Origin: an uncultured virus (IMG/VR IMGVR_UViG_3300032829_000002)
Lineage: Duplodnaviria; Heunggongvirae; Uroviricota; Caudoviricetes
Reading direction: 5' to 3' (one strand)
Virus record (IMG/VR): IMGVR_UViG_3300032829_000002
Coordinates: 1 to 64,000 of that record
DNA: 64,000 bases
Below the pieces are notes generated by a model, which had not been told where the DNA came from, ran no database searches, and was given only the letters and a program-made list of their open reading frames with translations. This document shows positions 63,222 to 64,000 of this stretch, in pieces. How positions within the stretch are numbered: the stretch's first letter is position 1; every line of letters begins with the position of its first letter. The translations under genes and the position numbers were made by a program.

Positions 63222-64000
63222 GTGGGATGCACGAATACCTCGCGCACGCGTACGGCACGACCCAGCCTCAGCAGACCGCTGACGCCGAGAAGGTCGCTCA
63301 AGCCGAGCTCTTCGCGAAGATGGCCGCCGAGAACGGCATCGACCTGAGCACGCTGAACGACAGCCAGATCACCGAGCTCTGGAACGCCACGTTCGCCAAG
63401 ACGGCGGGCGAGGAAGAGAAGAAAGAGCACGGCCACGCGCACAAGGACAAGAAGGCTGCGCAGCACGGCCACAAGCACCACGGCGAGAAGAAGGCCGAGG
63501 CGCAGGCGATGAACGAGTGGCTCCAGACCAAGGAAGCGCAGGCGAAGTTCGCCGAGGCCGACTTCTTCGGTCGTCAGATGGCGCACGCCTACGTGGCGGA
63601 GCTCCGCAAGATCGCCTCCGAAGGCGGCTTCGACTTCCTGGGCTCGAAAGAGGCGGCGATGCCGCCGCAGCTCGCGGCCGCGCTCGGCAAGAAGGACGGC
63701 GGCGGCGAGAAGGAAGAGAAGAAGGACGAGGAGAAGAAGGAAGAGAAGAAGGAGGAGAAGAAAGCCTCCGTGAGCAAGAAGGCGTCGCCTTCGGCGCTCA
63801 CCCAAGTCTCTGCCGCCTTCGCCATCGAGAAAGCGGCCTCGGCCGGTTTCGATCGCGACGAGGCGACCGCGCGCGTGTCGGCGGTCCTCACCCTCGGCTT
63901 CAACGAGGACAACAGCAAGGTGGCCGCCGCCACCGAGTTCCCGCAGGCCAAGGAGATCCGCGCTCTCGAGCTCCTCGAGGCGGCGGGTTACCCCGTGACC
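63218..64000 (+). CDS. Scaffold-like / head core protein, 3'-truncated by the window edge (not in the ORF track)
   Basis: ATGA overlap with GAAGGAG RBS; translates MSGMHEYLAHAYG...EKVAQ...AKTAGEEEKKEHGHAH...LRKIAS...EKKEEKK, open to the window end. Confidence 0.65.
   Translation, partial: MSGMHEYLAHAYGTTQPQQTADAEKVAQAELFAKMAAENGIDLSTLNDSQITELWNATFAKTAGEEEKKEHGHAHKDKKAAQHGHKHHGEKKAEAQAMNEWLQTKEAQAKFAEADFFGRQMAHAYVAELRKIASEGGFDFLGSKEAAMPPQLAAALGKKDGGGEKEEKKDEEKKEEKKEEKKASVSKKASPSALTQVSAAFAIEKAASAGFDRDEATARVSAVLTLGFNEDNSKVAAATEFPQAKEIRALELLEAAGYPVT

Noticed and set aside
1..64000. Host assignment (for example Myxococcota or Actinomycetota) from high GC and frequent TCGA/CTCGAG
   Set aside because: Composition alone is not discriminating; it needs spacer matches or phylogeny.

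Overview
The window is a gene-dense, high-GC fragment of a large tailed dsDNA phage, probably with a contractile tail. No host housekeeping genes, rRNA, tRNA, CRISPR array or integrase were seen. It falls into five strand-coherent blocks. (1) 1-15.2 kb, + strand: baseplate, tail and fibre genes, including an InPase-domain protein, an Asp-box receptor-binding fibre, a methyltransferase-GT2-TPR fusion and a 1273-aa Ser/Thr-rich 20-aa-repeat protein. (2) 15.2-34.3 kb, - strand: replication and recombination (RusA-like and PD-(D/E)xK resolvases, a dNMP kinase carrying an in-frame HNH-AP2 insert, Cas4-like nuclease, RecA, HU-like protein, family A DNA polymerase, putative SSB, primase, DnaB, UDG, SF2 helicase). 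(3) 34.4-39.7 kb, + strand: head-associated proteins and a putative portal. (4) 39.7-44.6 kb, - strand: accessory genes, including a MoxR AAA/VWA-peptidase pair. (5) 44.7-64 kb, mostly + strand: a 2128-aa single-chain fused beta-beta' RNA polymerase, a baseplate spike, large terminase, putative prohead protease and a scaffold-like protein. The highlights are the fused, streamlined RNAP (predicted rifampicin-insensitive); a non-canonical promoter-like motif, GCAA-N15-17-GGWAYAAG, found four times ahead of minus-strand clusters; K-x-A and F-x-D-E-L-x-K motifs shared by many head proteins; and a candidate virion glycosylation module. All product calls come from recognising motifs by eye; no database searches were run.
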